Position numbers and translations under genes: made by a program. Source: Paraspadella gotoi (lineage: Eukaryota > Animalia > Chaetognatha). Taken from it: a DNA stretch of 64,000 bases. The notes beneath the pieces are model-generated. The model was not told the DNA's origin and did no database searches. It worked only from the letters and a program-made list of their open reading frames with translations. The first letter of the stretch is position 1, and the number at the start of each line of letters is the position of its first letter. Location: positions 22,996,320 through 23,060,319 of the forward strand of contig CM119264.1 of NCBI GenBank assembly GCA_051294375.1. Direction: 5' to 3'. This document shows, in pieces, positions 35,062-49,468 of this stretch.

Positions 35062-36080
35062 AGAAAAAGAAAGAAAAGCAAAGAAAGAAAGAGAGAAAAA
35101 ATTAATAAAAGGAGAGATGAATCCGTTGCGGCGGCATAATTTTTTCTTTTGCGCTACCTGCGAATCCTCCCTTTTCCGCGGAATCTCGGGGGAAAAACAG
35201 AGGATGCGTCAGGAGAAACTCACCGATGACGCGGAATGCAGTCATCTTCGGAGAAGGAGGTGAGGGGAGAATGAAGTAAGAAGAAGAAGAAGAAAAGAAG
35301 AAGAACGAAGGAAGAGTAAGAGAAGAGAAGGAAGAGGGTAGAGAGAACTGAAAAAGATAAAATTGAAGAAATATGTAGAGACTGAGAAGGGAGGAAGAAG
35401 AGAGAATCAGAGCGAGAGAACAAGTAGAGATCAATTTACGAAGAGCCATATTTTTAAAGCTCATATTCCGCCGCAACACAACAATTGCGCGGAATTATGA
35501 GCTTTAAAATATTAGGTCTCCTTCCGTGTAATATTTTGTATCTCTACTTCTCTCCGCTCTGATTCTCTTCTTCCCTCTCCCTTCTCATCGGCCTTAATAT
35601 TTTTCATTTCTATCCTCTCTTCCCTCGTTCTTCTTGCTTCTTCTCTCTTCTTCTCTCTTCAATTTCTTCTTCTTCGTTCTTCTTGCTTCTCTCTCCTCTC
35701 ACCTCCTTCTCCGGAAGATGACTGCAATCCGCGCTCGTAATCTCTGACTCCTCTTTTCCCCGGAGTATCCCGGAAAGAGATTGCCCGGCCGAAAAAAAAA
35801 ATATCCCGCGCCGCCATACGGATTCATCCTCTCCTTTTTATTAATTTCTCTCTTTCTTTCTTCTTTCTTTCTTCTTCTCTTTCTGCTCGTGTTCTCTTGC
35901 TGTCTTTCTTCTTTCTTTTTTTCTCTTCTTCATTCTCTTCTTTATTTCGCTCTTCTCTTACATTCGTTTCTGTTTTTTTTCTTTCTTTTTCCACGTTCTC
36001 GCGTCCTACAAAAGTGCCGTAAAGTGAAAGCATCCACTCGTCGTCCCTTATTCTCCTCTTCTCTCTCTCTCTGCTCCTGT

Positions 36081-36133
<53 letters not shown>

Positions 36134-38005
36134 CTCTCTCTCTTCTCGTCTCTCTCTCCCTCTCTCTTTAGAGAATAAACCATTTCCGTTAATGGGCCTC
36201 TTCTTTTATCCGGGCGATTGGACGGATAAAGAAAAGAAAAAGATGTTAACAAGCAACATTTCTGCGTAATTTTTTACGACTACTGTGCCTCCTTTAACCC
36301 TCTTTCTTTCGTTGTTTATCCTTTGTTCTTTTCTTTTTCATTGTTCTTCTCTTCAGTGTCGTTTAGCCCGGTCTCTCTGCTGCGCCCATAATCATTTCTT
36401 TGCCTTCTATCCTTTTTTTTCTCTTTGCTCTTTTTCTTTTTCCTTTTGTTTTTTCTTTTCTCTCTGAGATTAAACTTTCTTTCGTTGTTTGTTTTTAGAT
36501 AATTAAATTCAAGACAAGTCCTTATAATACAGCAAACGATTTATATTTATTGTACAGACCAAGTTTTTTCTCTTTTTAAAAGATTTGCTCCGGAGTCTAC
36601 GGAGAACGTCCCCGAATTAGTTGTCCTCTCTTGAAACTCTCTAAATTTATCGGCATTTCATTTTTAAAAATTATGATAATTTTAATCAGTCGTTACATTA
36701 AGCTCATTCACAGTAGTCTTAACTTTCCCCTGCAAGTTTCCAGAAATTCTACCATTTTTCCTCCTTCTGTCTTTCAGAAGTGAGATGAATTTCCTTTTCA
36801 GCGGCCGACGGCTGCATCGGGCGGATGGGGGAGGCGGCCGCTCCGTCTGCGGAGCGTAGAAGCGCAATAGCATACAGCGTGTTAGCTGCGTGGGAAAAGG
36901 CTTTCACAAGGTGAGTAACCATTGATGCTCTTCTTCCTCGTTTTTTCTTTTTGTTTCTTTTTCTTCATTATTAAACATTTAATTTTCACGTTACAAACTT
37001 TATTTCGTAATCCATTTCGTTATTTCACCTCTTTTTTCCCATTTTCTCCTACTTTTTCGCGCCATTTAAAAACATTTCTTCATATTTCTCTCCTCGTCTT
37101 TTCTTTTGTCTTTTCCTCTATCTTATTTACTTCCTTCTTAGTCCCCTTTAGCTCTTTTTCCTCTCCGCGTCTCATCTTTTTCATTTTTCTGCCTCTGCCT
37201 TTTCCTCAACTTTTACCTGTCAGCCAAGCGAACCCTCAAGACGGTGATGCCTTCCCCGTCTCTCCGTTATCCATGACCGCGGAGGTCTCCCGTCGTTATC
37301 GTCTTCGCTTTTTATACTCGTTTTCTCCAAATTATTGGTGCATCCTCGTTCGTCGTCGCTCGTCTGTCGTCGTTCGTCGTCGTCGAGAATCGGCAAAAAG
37401 GTTATCTTTCCTGACGGCCTTTGTTATTGTATCTCTTCCTTCTCCTCTTCTCTCTCTCTCTCTCTCTCTCTGCTCTCTCTCCTTCTCTCGCCCTCTCCTC
37501 TCTTCTCTCGTCTTTTCTCTCGTCTCCTTTCCCTTGGAAAAAGGAAAATAAAGGAAAGAAAGAATGGAGAGAGAAGAAGGAGAGAGATAGAGAGAGAGAG
37601 ACGAGAGAGAAAAGACCCAAGAGACAAGAGAGAGAAGAGAGAGAGAGAGGAGAGCCCGTTCTTGCACTGGAAAGGAGTGGATTCGCGTCTTCGAACGTCG
37701 CCATGATTTTTCATTTCGCTTCAATTTTATGTCGAATTCGGTTGAAGGACGCCAGATTGCGGCCATGAGAACCAACAAACGACAACAACAACGACGACGA
37801 CGACAACCAAACTCGGCCTTTGCAATAATCTTTCTGTCTTTCCTTATATTTCTGTACTTTTTCTCTTTCTTTCCTTTCATTTTTTTCTTACAATCACCTG
37901 TCCCACTCCGCCACCTTCCCACCTCCCATTATCCCTCGTCTATAATCTCTTTTCTCACAACCTCTCGTTCTCCCCTTACCTACGTCTCTTCCCCTCCCTT
38001 CTTCT
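32880..38005. repeat. ~5.1-kb foldback palindrome (arms ~32880-35476 and 35485-38005)
   Basis: TTTAAAGCTCATATTCCGCCGCAA-cacaacaa-TTGCGCGGAATTATGAGCTTTAAA at the centre; the arms are reverse complements throughout, with many small indels. Confidence 0.9.
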
Positions 38006-39357
38006 CCTCCACCTTCCTCTCTCCTCCCCTGTCCCTCCTACCTCTTCCCCCTACCCTCTCTCTTCCCTCCCTTGTTACGCGTCGTCCGCTTTTCTCTTCT
38101 TCCCTCCCTTCTACGCCTGCATCTCTTCCGCCTCTCCCTCCTCTTTCCCCCTTTGTCCCTCCCTTCTCTCTTCCCCTACCTCTCTCTGTCCCCGCTCACT
38201 TCCCCCTTCCTCTCTCTTCCCTCCCCCCTCCTCTTCCCCTCTCTCTTTCCCCCAGTCTTCCTCTCTCTTCCCGCCCCGCTCTGCCCCTCCCTCTCTCCCC
38301 CCTCCCCCTTTTTTTCCCTCTCTCTCCCTGCCCTTTCCTCTCTTCTTCCCCTCCCCCCCTTCCGCTCTCATCCTTTACGACGCGATTAATTTTATCATGC
38401 CTAGAAAAAAAAAAGTTGTGACACCAACGGAATTCACTTTTTTTTCTGCTTGGACATTGACTTTTCTGTCACGTCGTCATCTCAACGACGTCGCCCTTTC
38501 ACGAAACATTAAACGAAAGAAAAAAAGGGAACACTGATGTGAAAACAAAGTTGTATGAAGGAAATAAACGTTTTCTTGCCGTTCATCTTTTTATAACCGA
38601 AGTTTTTTTTAGCGGGCAGTATTTTTATTATAAAAAAAAATGAGGCCCTCATCGCGCGAGACTAAAAATCGCGAAAGACAATGGTTAGGAGAGAAAATGT
38701 GGTAGAAAAAGAGGAGAAACCCTAAAAAAAAAACTGCTACTGATATAAAACCTATAATAAAAGCGATAAAATTAACTTGCTTCCTTCGACCTAATAAACG
38801 TAGGTACATTAGTTAAAATAGGAAACCCCTCTACACGTCAGAATTAACCCTGCATCGTAAAAACGCACCACCCTAATCATCATCCACCCTAATGGAACCA
38901 CACGTCCAATAAATGATTATCTTTCCATTAGACTCACAATTCATTTTTCATTCACTTGGTATATACATAAAAAAAAAAAGAGTGAGAAAAGAGGGGAATT
39001 CAATTTTTCCAAGAGAAGAAAAAAAAAATTTGAAAGTAAAGAAATTTTTTTAAAATTAAATTTTTTTTTTCTTATTTTGGTCTGGGAAATTCGCAAAACA
39101 GGAATTACTTTCAATGATTTCGGTGACCCATTTTCTTGAGGATCGAGATCCCTTTAAGAAAAAAGCCGGAGGAAGAGAAGAGAGAGAGAGAGAGAGAGAG
39201 AGTGCAGAGAGAGAGAGAGAGAGAAGCTAAAGGAAAGATATCACACGCACTCTTCTAACTAAGAGGTCTTGAGATTCCTGGCTGAGATCTGATTTGACTT
39301 TCGTTCTGAGGCAAAAATGGACTCCGGGTTTTTAGAAAACCTCGAGAGCAGCAAAAG

Positions 39358-39490
39358 AGGCAGACCCTTCTTATTTCTGTAAGGCAGACCCCCTTTCTCA
39401 TGATTAAGGTAAGACCCCTTTCTCATCTTCAGGCAGACCCCTTCTCATCTGAAGGCAGACCTTGGTTGGAATACCTTTCTCATCTTCATC
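39358..39490 (+). repeat. ~23-bp minisatellite (AGGCAGACCCCTTTCTCATCT-like), about 5 copies
   Basis: Directly visible imperfect tandem units. Confidence 0.8.
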
Positions 39491-40096
39491 TTTAGATGTT
39501 AAAATAAAGTTCAAAATGTCTGAGTATTTTTGTCGGATTGTCGGGATTCTCAAAGGCAGAATTTAACCCTTCATTTCAGTCCTCATGAAAATAAACTTGG
39601 AATATGTCTTAAGCTACTATCGAAGTATTAAGAAAGGCCATAACTTTAAAATTCTTCTGTAATACGAATGAAAAGACAATATCGAAGCAAAATGGACAGA
39701 TAGCCTACTTCCATAGATCAACGAGATAGAGTCCCCAAACGAAACTAAGAGACAAAGGATTAGAAGAAACCCATTTTGCAATGCACTTAACGCCAGCATC
39801 ATTTAGTTTTTATTATTATGATTCGCTCCTGTTGTTCAATTTTATTCCAATCTCCAAGGCACATTGCCCAACAGGTCCCCTATCCCATGAACTGACCGAC
39901 TCAACTCCATTCCTGGGACAAAGAGATAATACGGTTTCTCCTGTTGTATAAATTAGTTAGCCTGATTTCTTTTTGAATCAAATTACATCCGGCGTTTTCC
40001 AGTCCCGGATTCGCTTATCCTCCGAGATGAAGCTTCATAACGATGCGTCTCTCCCAACGTTCTTTGTTTGACAATGAATAAAGAGCCACTAAAGCT

Positions 40097-40137
<41 letters not shown>

Positions 40138-40139
40138 CC

Positions 40140-40181
<42 letters not shown>

Positions 40182-40492
40182 CTATTACTTCTCTCTCTCT
40201 CTCTCTTTTTATAAAATCCTCCCCTCGCCATCGCTCAACATCCCATCCGAGGCAAGCCCATTTACTTTCTGGAGGAAGCAGGAGGTACGATCCCGATCCC
40301 GCTGGTTGCAGCTCGCCGGCGTGCCATCGCGGTTGCCATTCCCGGTGCCACTTTCGGTTCGGATGCCATGATGGCGTTTTCAATTACCAAATATCTGAGA
40401 TTGGATGTCGAAGCCTCGAATCCAAGAGATATTCTCTAGACTTTTTTATCCATTTTTTTCTGGCGATAAAGAAAATAATTTCTCTCTCCTTC

Positions 40493-40523
<31 letters not shown>

Positions 40524-43231
40524 CTTCTCTCTCTCTCTCTCTTCTCTCTCGCTCTCTCTCATTCTCTCATCTCTCTCTCTCTCCCTCTCTTCCAAAAATA
40601 TTCGATGGACCATTAAAGCTGCAAGTTTCGCAAGCCTCTATCTACACCAACCTGCCTTAAAAAAGCTTAGCTTTTATGCCTTTTTGTGTTATTACACTCT
40701 GTGGTATGACTGCGAAGCGAAGCCGCCTTATGTATTTACCTTTAGCGAATAGAGCGCTGATGACCTTGCCTGTTTGACCCTGAGGATGAAATTAATGACA
40801 AAACTGAACATGATTTCCAGTGAACAGAATCCCTGCGACTCTTTGCTAATGTTTTCGTCAAAACGATAATAAAAAAAATCAAAAAGATCAAAAAAATCAA
40901 AATGTTTTGATTAAATATGCAGGTAATTTGACCAACATAGTCCGGGCTTGGGCGAGCTTTTGACATGCAATTTACCCCGTATGGTAATATCTGCAGCGTT
41001 GCGGTTGTGGGGTCGTTCCCTGCTTCTGAACCATGACGGCACAATCCAATAAAAACGAGGAACATTTTGGCCTTGGGAAAATATGATGGACAAAAAAGAT
41101 TGGAAAAAAAATCACTTAAGTCTGTGAGGAATAGTTAAAATTATAAATGGAAAGTGAATAAATATGAGAAAGTATGAGAAGGTGCATAATAAAGGGGGCG
41201 AGTAAAGTTTAACACAAAAAAAACGAAAATAAAATTTAAAAAAAAAAGAAATTAAGAATAAATAAATTAAAAAAATTAAAAAAAAATAGAAATCGTCTAC
41301 GATGGAAAAAAGAACCATTGAAATGAAAAATAAGAGCGATATGGAAAAAAAAACGACCGACGAAATTGGTGGTGTTGTTGTTGTTGTGTCATTTGGTCTC
41401 TGGCTACTGCTGTGTTACTATGACTTAGTCTTGTAATGTTATGCTGTGGTGATCATTTTTCAGTAAAGGGCTTGGTGACACCCAGTGAGAATCAATCAAC
41501 GTTTTTCATGTTTTTTTTTTCTTCTCCTTCGAACTCCCGAAAATAAAAGGTGGTGACAATTCACGGGAAATTATTCATCCAGTTTATTCGTTTACGCGCG
41601 GAAAATTCCGCGAGACGAATGGCTTTCGTTAGAATTAATCTCGCAATAATTCGTGTTAGACTCTATTGCTATTCAGCTTGTTGAGAGAGAAGAAATAGAA
41701 AGCTTAGGGAGGAGGGAGAGAGAGAGAGATGGAAGAGAGGGGGAGGAAGAAGGGTAGGTGAAGTAGGTAAGGGTTGTATTCGTTTTTTTTGAGACTAAAT
41801 ATATGATTTTGATGACATCTGTGCCTGCCTTCTGAGCTAAGACTAAATGATTATAAAATACTGTTTTAATCTGCTGATTACATTTCTCTCATATATCATC
41901 GTCATTACCACACTATCATAATCTCATCATTTTACAATCTACTCATCATTCATTATCATCATCGTCGTTCGTCCGTTGCGAAATGGAAGTCTATCTCAGA
42001 TCACCAATCTACGTCGCCACTGTCACAATAACAGTCACAATCACAGTCACAATCACAATCACAAATCTCACGCTGACTCTCATCCTTTTCTGGTGAATCG
42101 ACCTTCGGATTCGATGGACGAATCCGAAAAAGAGATTTCCGCGACTGTGAATCCGGAGTGTGAATCGACGCGTTTGAAGAGTGAAGTGCGTGAGGGGCAA
42201 GATTGAATGAGGTGTTCGAATCGTGTTTGAGTCGATGTGACTTTGGGGGGAACAGGCGTGCGTCGTGCGGGGAATAGAGAGTGAGTCGGATTAAGTCGGG
42301 ACTCGGGCGTCAGTCTTGGTCAGTCGAGTATTCGTGTGAGTGTGTTCAGGAATATTGACAAAGAGAAACGCCCGATATGCCGATATATTTCTGGAGCCGC
42401 TGCCGCGCGGCTGCCCGCGTGCCGCCAGCCCGCCTCCGACGCTTTCGTCGCCATCTTCGGTCGATCGATAGAGGCGCTAGCGTCGATGTAATGTTAAAAC
42501 TCAATGAAAACAAAAGATTGTACAAAATTCTTGATAAAAAAAAACGACTAAAAAAAAAAGAACAAAAAAAAACTACAGATAACCATAAACGAAAAGCGCT
42601 GTTGTAACTGCAGGAAAAGCAGGAAATTGTATCTCTAAAAGGAGGGCAACAAAAGGAAAAAAAAAAAAAAGAAAAAAAAGAAAAAGGAAAAAAAAAACAA
42701 TACAACAACAACAACGCGACGACTAAAATCTTTGCAACGCAACGAACAAATCCTTTCGAATTTTTCTTTCGTCGCTCTTTCATCCTTTGATTTTTCTCGG
42801 TGGCCAGTTGCTCCTACGTCGTCGTGTCCTCCTCTGTGTTGTTGTTGTTTTAAAGTTTTATGTGCAGCACAAAAAGTTTGCGTTAGTTTACTCATTTCCT
42901 TCAAAGGACGCAAGTTCCGATGCCATGGACTTGGACGAATCGCGACTTCTGTGATTAACGGTGACCACAACTCTCACATCTTGAAACCTCGTATAAACTT
43001 TCACCTCCGATGTTCGTTGTCTGCGTGATTCATAGGCCCGTGATCTTAGTCACTGGCCAATCTTAGGTTACATTCTCTTCGCCGTCCCTTCTCGCCGTCA
43101 TGAACCTCAGGCCAGAGTGGCCCAATTTTAACCGTTGTTCGTCGGGCAACACTGAAGGAGCAGTCGCGGCTCCGGTCGTCGGGAAGACAAAAGGTTTCAA
43201 CCTGCGCAAAAGGGGGGCGCTCCCGCCTTGT

Positions 43232-43510
43232 TCGCCTGTTGACGGTTCGTTCGCCGTTGGAGAGCTTGGTTCGCGTTGAGAGTTCGTTCGCCGTTGAGGG
43301 TTCGTTCGCCCGCTTGAGTGCTGTTGCCATTGAGAGCTTCTTCTGCCATTGAGAAAGCATGTTCGCCGTTGAGGCTTGTTCGCCGTTGGAGCTCGCCTCC
43401 GCCATGAAAGCTCGCTCTGCATTGAAGCTATTTCTGCCGTTGAGAGCTCGTTTCCGTGAGAGCTCTGTTCGTCACTGAGAGCTCATTGCATCCTTGTTCG
43501 CCATTGAAAA
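43232..43510 (+). repeat. ~18-21-bp minisatellite (GTTCGCCGTTGAGAGCTC-like)
   Basis: About a dozen degenerate units; source of the repetitive ORFs 43046..43405 and 43063..43422. Confidence 0.8.
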
Positions 43511-43835
43511 AGTCATTTTCCCATTTAGCACTTCATTTTTAACACTGTCTCTAGTTTCTGTCAGGCCCTTTATTTCACTTTAAGAACCTTTTCTTTAAAA
43601 CTTATAGGTGAGACGTGAGACGTTCTCCCTCTAAGACTCACTCGCTCCGTCGCTGCGGAGCGCCAACTAAATTTTACCAGCATACTTTTCACCTGTCCAT
43701 CAATCTTTCCTCCCCCTCCACGGTCGACTATAGTGTTACAACGGGTAGCGAGGCTGCTATGAAATTTCAGCTGTCCACCTTACGTATTGGCTTCAAGTGC
43801 GGCCATCTTGCTGTCGCCTCTCTTCTCTCCTCTCT

Positions 43836-43940
<105 letters not shown>

Positions 43941-44049
43941 TTTCCCTCTTCCTCTCCCTCCTCCACTTTCCCCCCTCTGATCCTCCCCCATCAATTCCGT
44001 CTCCTTCATCCGACCGATCCAGTCTTGTCCTTCTTAAACTTTAAAGTCG

Positions 44050-45815
44050 CGACCATCGCTCGGTCCCTTTCTCTTGTATTCTTCTTTCCTATCCATTTCC
44101 TTTCCTTTTCCTCTCTTTCTTCTTTCCTTTCCTTCCGTCCCTTCCCCTATTTTCTCTTCTTCCTTTCCTTTTTTTTCCTTTCCTTTCCTCCCTTCTATTT
44201 CTTCTTTCCTTTCCTCTCCCCTTTCCCTTTATTTCTCTTTCTTATCCTTTCCTTTTCCTCCCTTCTCTTTCCTTTCCTTTTCTTCCTTTCCCCTTTCCTT
44301 TTCTTTTCGCTCTCCTTTCCTTTCCTTTGTCTTGATCCTTTAAACCGATTATTGACAGCCATCGTCCGATCATTATCATTTCCTAAATCCGCCTCTCTAA
44401 TGTCTCCCAACCTGCATTAGTTTGTCACATATCATCATCGTCATCGTATAATCGTCGGTCACCATCCAAGTCGTACTCCTCCCAAATTATTGCTGAATTA
44501 TTGTGTTGTTGTCGTTCTTCTCTGTTGTCGTTGTTATTAGCGAAGGAAAATTGTAGTTGGAATCGAGAACGCGACAGTAGATGGATTTCGTGATGGGCGA
44601 AGGCGCAATTCGGCCATGGCCTCGTTTTCACGCGGCTTTCCAGTGTGCGAGTAACTCGTCGTTGTCGTCTCGTCTCGTGCGTCGTTTCCTATCATCATAC
44701 TAAAATTCTCTTTTTGTCTTTCGTCCTCAGTTTAAATCCATCTTTGTCGTCGTCGCCTCTTCCTCTTCTTCCTCCTCACTTTTCCTCAGCTTTCTCTTCA
44801 GAATCAAAGGAGAGAGAAAAAGAAAAGATATATAATATTCTTCTTTCGTGACTTTTTTTCACTGCGCAAAGTCACGTGTGAAGTGAAAATCATTCGTCTC
44901 GCCTGATAATCGCCTGTGACTCTCGTCCGGCGAAAGCCTCAGGCGTTAATCTTCATTCTGGCGAAGAAAATCAGGCGAGGCTTTTTTAAGTACAAGGTCA
45001 AGCCGGTTCACCTGTATAAAAAGTTGATCACTTCAGTTAAGTTATCTGAAATTCAATCGCGAAAGTCTTTTTTATTTTAGGCCGGTTTTTCAAAGTCGCC
45101 CCATTCTCAAATTAAACTCACAATTTAAAGTTTTATTTTCTAGCGCGTTACAAAATCATACGATCATCACAAGGGTTAGTATAGGGATTAGGCCTAAGGG
45201 TTATTAGTTTGAGATTAGATATTATCATTTCGCCTCTCAAGGGTATTCCACTTATGTTACGGCGATTAGAATTACTATATAGTTACGTTCATTATTATGG
45301 ATTAGGGGTTAAGCCATAGTTAGAATTAAGTTACGCAATTGGATTGGGTGTTAAATATTAAGCTAAAAATAAAATCTTCTCAGCTGATTCAAAAACAAAC
45401 AGTTGGCGCTTTTCGAAAATAGAGCTCTTTATAAATAGCGAATTCTCCCAAATCAAGAAGCTACACTAACCACAATTTTTCGTACCCACTTTTTTTCTTC
45501 ACTCACTTTTCTATCTTCGCCTCCGAAAACTCTCGATTACTTTTGTTCATCCTCTTTGATTCTTTTCTGCCAAAAAAGATAATTCGTCACTTTACTCTCT
45601 CGTCAAACGCCGTCGTCGAAGTATGCTCGGCGATAAATGCGTCGGCACTGATGTCCTGTAGGACGTCAGTCATTGTGTCCTGGCAATGATTATGGGCAAA
45701 CACCTGACAACGTCTCCGTCGGCGCATGCGTCGCATCCGGTCACTCTCATTGAGATCCCATCAGATTTCTCTCTACTCTCTCTCGTCTCTCTCTCTCTCT
45801 CTCTCTTCCCTCTCT

Positions 45816-45846
<31 letters not shown>

Positions 45847-45847
45847 A

Positions 45848-45891
<44 letters not shown>

Positions 45892-48800
45892 CTCATTTTC
45901 AGATCAATCCATTGCGGTTTCACTCCGAATTTTAGTAATCGACGTCGTCGCCATCATTATCGCGAGATCGTCATCGTCGTCGTCGTCGTCGTTGGGCTCA
46001 TCGATTATCATTAAATTTAAAACGGTGGTCTTGTCTTGCGCCATGTTTACAAAGTCGCCATCATCATGATCGCCAATCATCATCAACATCTGCATCATCA
46101 TTGTCGTCACTCATCATCGATCTTCCCATCATCTTGATCTTTCCCTCTCAGTCTTCCCATGTTCTTCCTCTCCTACCTCGCTTTCCAACCTCCCTTCCCC
46201 CTCCCTTCCCCCCCCCTTTCCCCACCCCTCCCTCTTCCCTATCTCCTCCTCTTTTTACCTCCGAAATAGAAACCTCATACAGTATTCATCGTCCTTGTTG
46301 ATATTCGCGATTCAAATGAGAATCGCTTCCCTCTCTCTCTGTCCGTCCCTCTCCACATTCGTTCTTCTTCTCTCGTTCTTCTTCTCTCGCTATTCTTCTT
46401 TTCTCCTCTCTTTCTTCTTCTCCTATTCTTTCTTCTTACCTCTTCTTTTCTTCTCTCCCTATTCTTTGCTTTCCTCTTTTTCTTGCCTCCTATTCCTTTT
46501 CTTCTCTTCCTCTTCTTTATTCTCTTCCTCTTCTTTCTTTATATTCTCTTCTTTCTTCTCTCCTATTCTTCTTTCTCTTCCTCCTTCCTTCTTCTCTCTC
46601 TTCTTTCTTCTTCTCCTATTCTTTCTTATCTCCTCTTCTTTCTTTCTCTCTTTTTCTTTCTCTCTTTATCTTTCTTCTTCCTACTCTCCTCTCCTCCGCT
46701 TCCTCCTCCAGCTTCCTCTTCCCTGGATCTTTAACTTAACCTCTGTTTTGTCTTGTGGTAGTTTTCACGCGATCTTTAACTTTTGTATTGTCTTTAGCCT
46801 TGCTGTTGTTATACCTGGCTCATATGTAAGTTACTCATCAACCTTGTTTAATTCGAAAATATTTCTTTGTTCCTGCTCTTCCTGCTCTTTCTTCTCTCCT
46901 TCTCAGTGTATAGGGACAGCTTTCCCTTAGATGACTACCTCTCTCACCTCGCTAATCTCCTTCTGCTACTTCTCTTTTCTTTCTTTTCTCCTTTTTTGTT
47001 CCTATTTTGATATTTGCCTATCTTCTCTAATTCTATTTTTTTTTCTTTGCCGTTTCCCATGTCTTTTATTCTTCCATCCCTGCTTTTTCTTCGCTCCTAT
47101 GCACGTCCTTTTCTAGCCCTTTTCAATCATGTTCTCTTCTCTTTAATTTCCCATTTTTTCACTTTTCATTTTGTAACTTGTTTCTCTTTGTAATCGTTAT
47201 CATCTTTCTCTCCTTTTCTTCTTTCTTCTCTTTTTCCTCCATCTTCCTCCCATTCCTCCCTCTGCTCCTTCCTTTTCCTCCGAGGCCCGTCGTCCATCCC
47301 CTTGATTTTCTTGAAAAACACTTCTTAGCTGAAGTTTTTTCATGCTTTTCTCGTGTCTCTCGAACTATTCGGGTGTTCGCGTTCCCGAATCGAATCTAAG
47401 CGCGGTGGCAGTGAACCTCGAGTTATAACAAAAATTGTAATGATATCTCTGTCTAACAAAAAAAATCCATTTTGTCCATTGATTCCGCTCACTGGCAACC
47501 ACAACATATTCTTTCCCCTCATTCGTCGTCATAATTTGACGACGTTAGAAATTCTCAATCCTCATTCCATCGTTTCTATTGTTTATCCATCGCGTAACTC
47601 TGCCCGCCGCTTAATCAGTCATTTGCTCGTCATTTCCCAACCGGAGATAAATAAACAAATAAAAGCGATGTTTTTGGCATCAACGGAACCGCGTTCGTCC
47701 GGAATGTGCGAAACAGGCTGATGCGGGTATTGGACCAGAGGACATTCCGAGTGTTTCAGTTGACTTCGTGGCGTTGTTATCCCGTTGGATGGAAATTGGT
47801 TTCGCAAGGATCTTGAATTTGGTGTGGAACTGTCCAGGCTACTCCTCATTTACGTCTTTTTGTTTTAAATTAATCATACATACGAGTGACAACAGCCGAA
47901 CATATCACCATCTTCGTAAAAACCACGCTAACCGCCAAATGATTGCGTTTTCGTCAATTTCCCGATGGCGTTTTGCATCTGCTGGGCGGGTTTTTGCAGT
48001 CTGCTGGGCGCGTTTTTGCATCTGCGAGGCGACGTCGGAATCAATGCGGGTATCGCGAAGTTAACGACCGAAGCAAGAGACAATGTGAATCTGAGCGAAT
48101 CTCATCAACGGAGATCGTTATGCCATTAATTTTCGAAGGAAAAAAAAACTAAACAAAACAGAAACCAAAAAACAAAGAGGTTTTGTGGTCGACGGCACGT
48201 CAACGGCATTCGACACATTGCATTCAAATACCAATTTTTTTTTTTTGCTCACAAAGGTCTCTACTAATTGTTTGATAGCAGCTGTCGTCACCAAAGTTAA
48301 AATGATGCGAAACGACCCGCGGAAAATTGACGCCTATTGCGCTCGATAGTAGACAAAGCCTCGAGAGGAAAAAAAGTAAAACGAAAAACAGACTAAATAA
48401 ATAACATAACAGGGATACATAGCATGGTCCATACATCGAAGAATTCGAGTTTTATATACGTAAAGATATCTGTAAAGTAATAATAACTACAGAGTAACAA
48501 ACCAACATTAACATGACGAAATAGTCTGTTGAATTTGGAGCATAAAGAGCGTCAACCAAAGCTATAAAAAAAAGTTAATTGTTAAAAAAGATTTTAAAAA
48601 AATTTCCCTGTTCTGCGAGTAGAAATCCTATCGAAAACGAAATAAAAGTCGAAGAAAGAGAAGCCAAATTTAAGTGAAGGAAGCCTTTGAATAACGAAAA
48701 AGTCGAGAAAAGGAGCTAAAGATGAAAGCTTTATGAGGCTTAGCAGAAATATATATCCGAGAGAGCGATTGTGGTGACTAAGATGAAGAAGCTCATGTGT

Positions 48801-49436
48801 GTCGGAGGGCGAGAATAGAAACGTCTTGTGAGGTTTGGTTTTGGAAGAATTTGATGTCATGGTGCGCGCCGATGATGATAAAACTAAAATCATGGCTCAC
48901 CGCAAAGGAATAGAGCGTATGAAAAGAGCCTTCCTTCTCTCTCTCTCTCCTCTCTCTCTCGTCTTCTTCTTCTCCTCGCTCTTATTCACATTCTCCTTCC
49001 TTTTTCGCAACCACGATCATGAATACTATTACAAATAATTGTAAGCGTGTTTCGATATATATTCCTCTCTCTCTCTCTCTCTTTTCTCTCTCTCCTCGCT
49101 TATTCACATTCTCCTCCTTTTTCGCAACAGCGCTTATATGAATGACATTTACAAATATGCATTGACGGGCCGTTTCGATATCTCCTCTCTGCTTCTTCTC
49201 TCTCTCTACTCTCTCTCTCTCTCTCGTCTCCTCTCTCTCTCAATCGGCTTATTCACATTCTCCTCCTTCCGCGGGACTCCACCAGTTACCACTTCGTATT
49301 CCAACAGCGCCGGAACGGCGCTAGACGGATCTGAAAAATTACATTACAAATAGACTTGAAGGCGTTCTCCGTACACCGCCCTATCCCTCGTGCTCATCTG
49401 CTCTCTCTCCTCTCTCTCTCTCTCTCTCTTCTCTCT

Positions 49437-49468
<32 letters not shown>

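Noticed and set aside
40757-40795. CTGATGA...GAAA hammerhead-like core
   Set aside because: Stem II does not close directly on GAAA and no stems I or III were found.
39358-43510. Short tandem arrays at 39358-39490 and 43232-43510 as CRISPR-like repeats
   Set aside because: No unique spacers, the units are degenerate, the context is eukaryotic and there are no cas genes; these are minisatellites.
42960-43745. Possible LTR retroelement remnant (GHSG..WP..CxxC on the minus strand, TGGCGC PBS-like site)
   Set aside because: Interrupted by stops, the first His is missing, there are no paired LTRs or RT motifs, and it is not distinguishable from chance.
45170-45360. GGTTAG/TTAGGG-like motifs as telomeric repeats (also 56270-56700 and 62920-63080)
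   Set aside because: Dispersed and degenerate rather than tandem; more like transposon-internal subrepeats.
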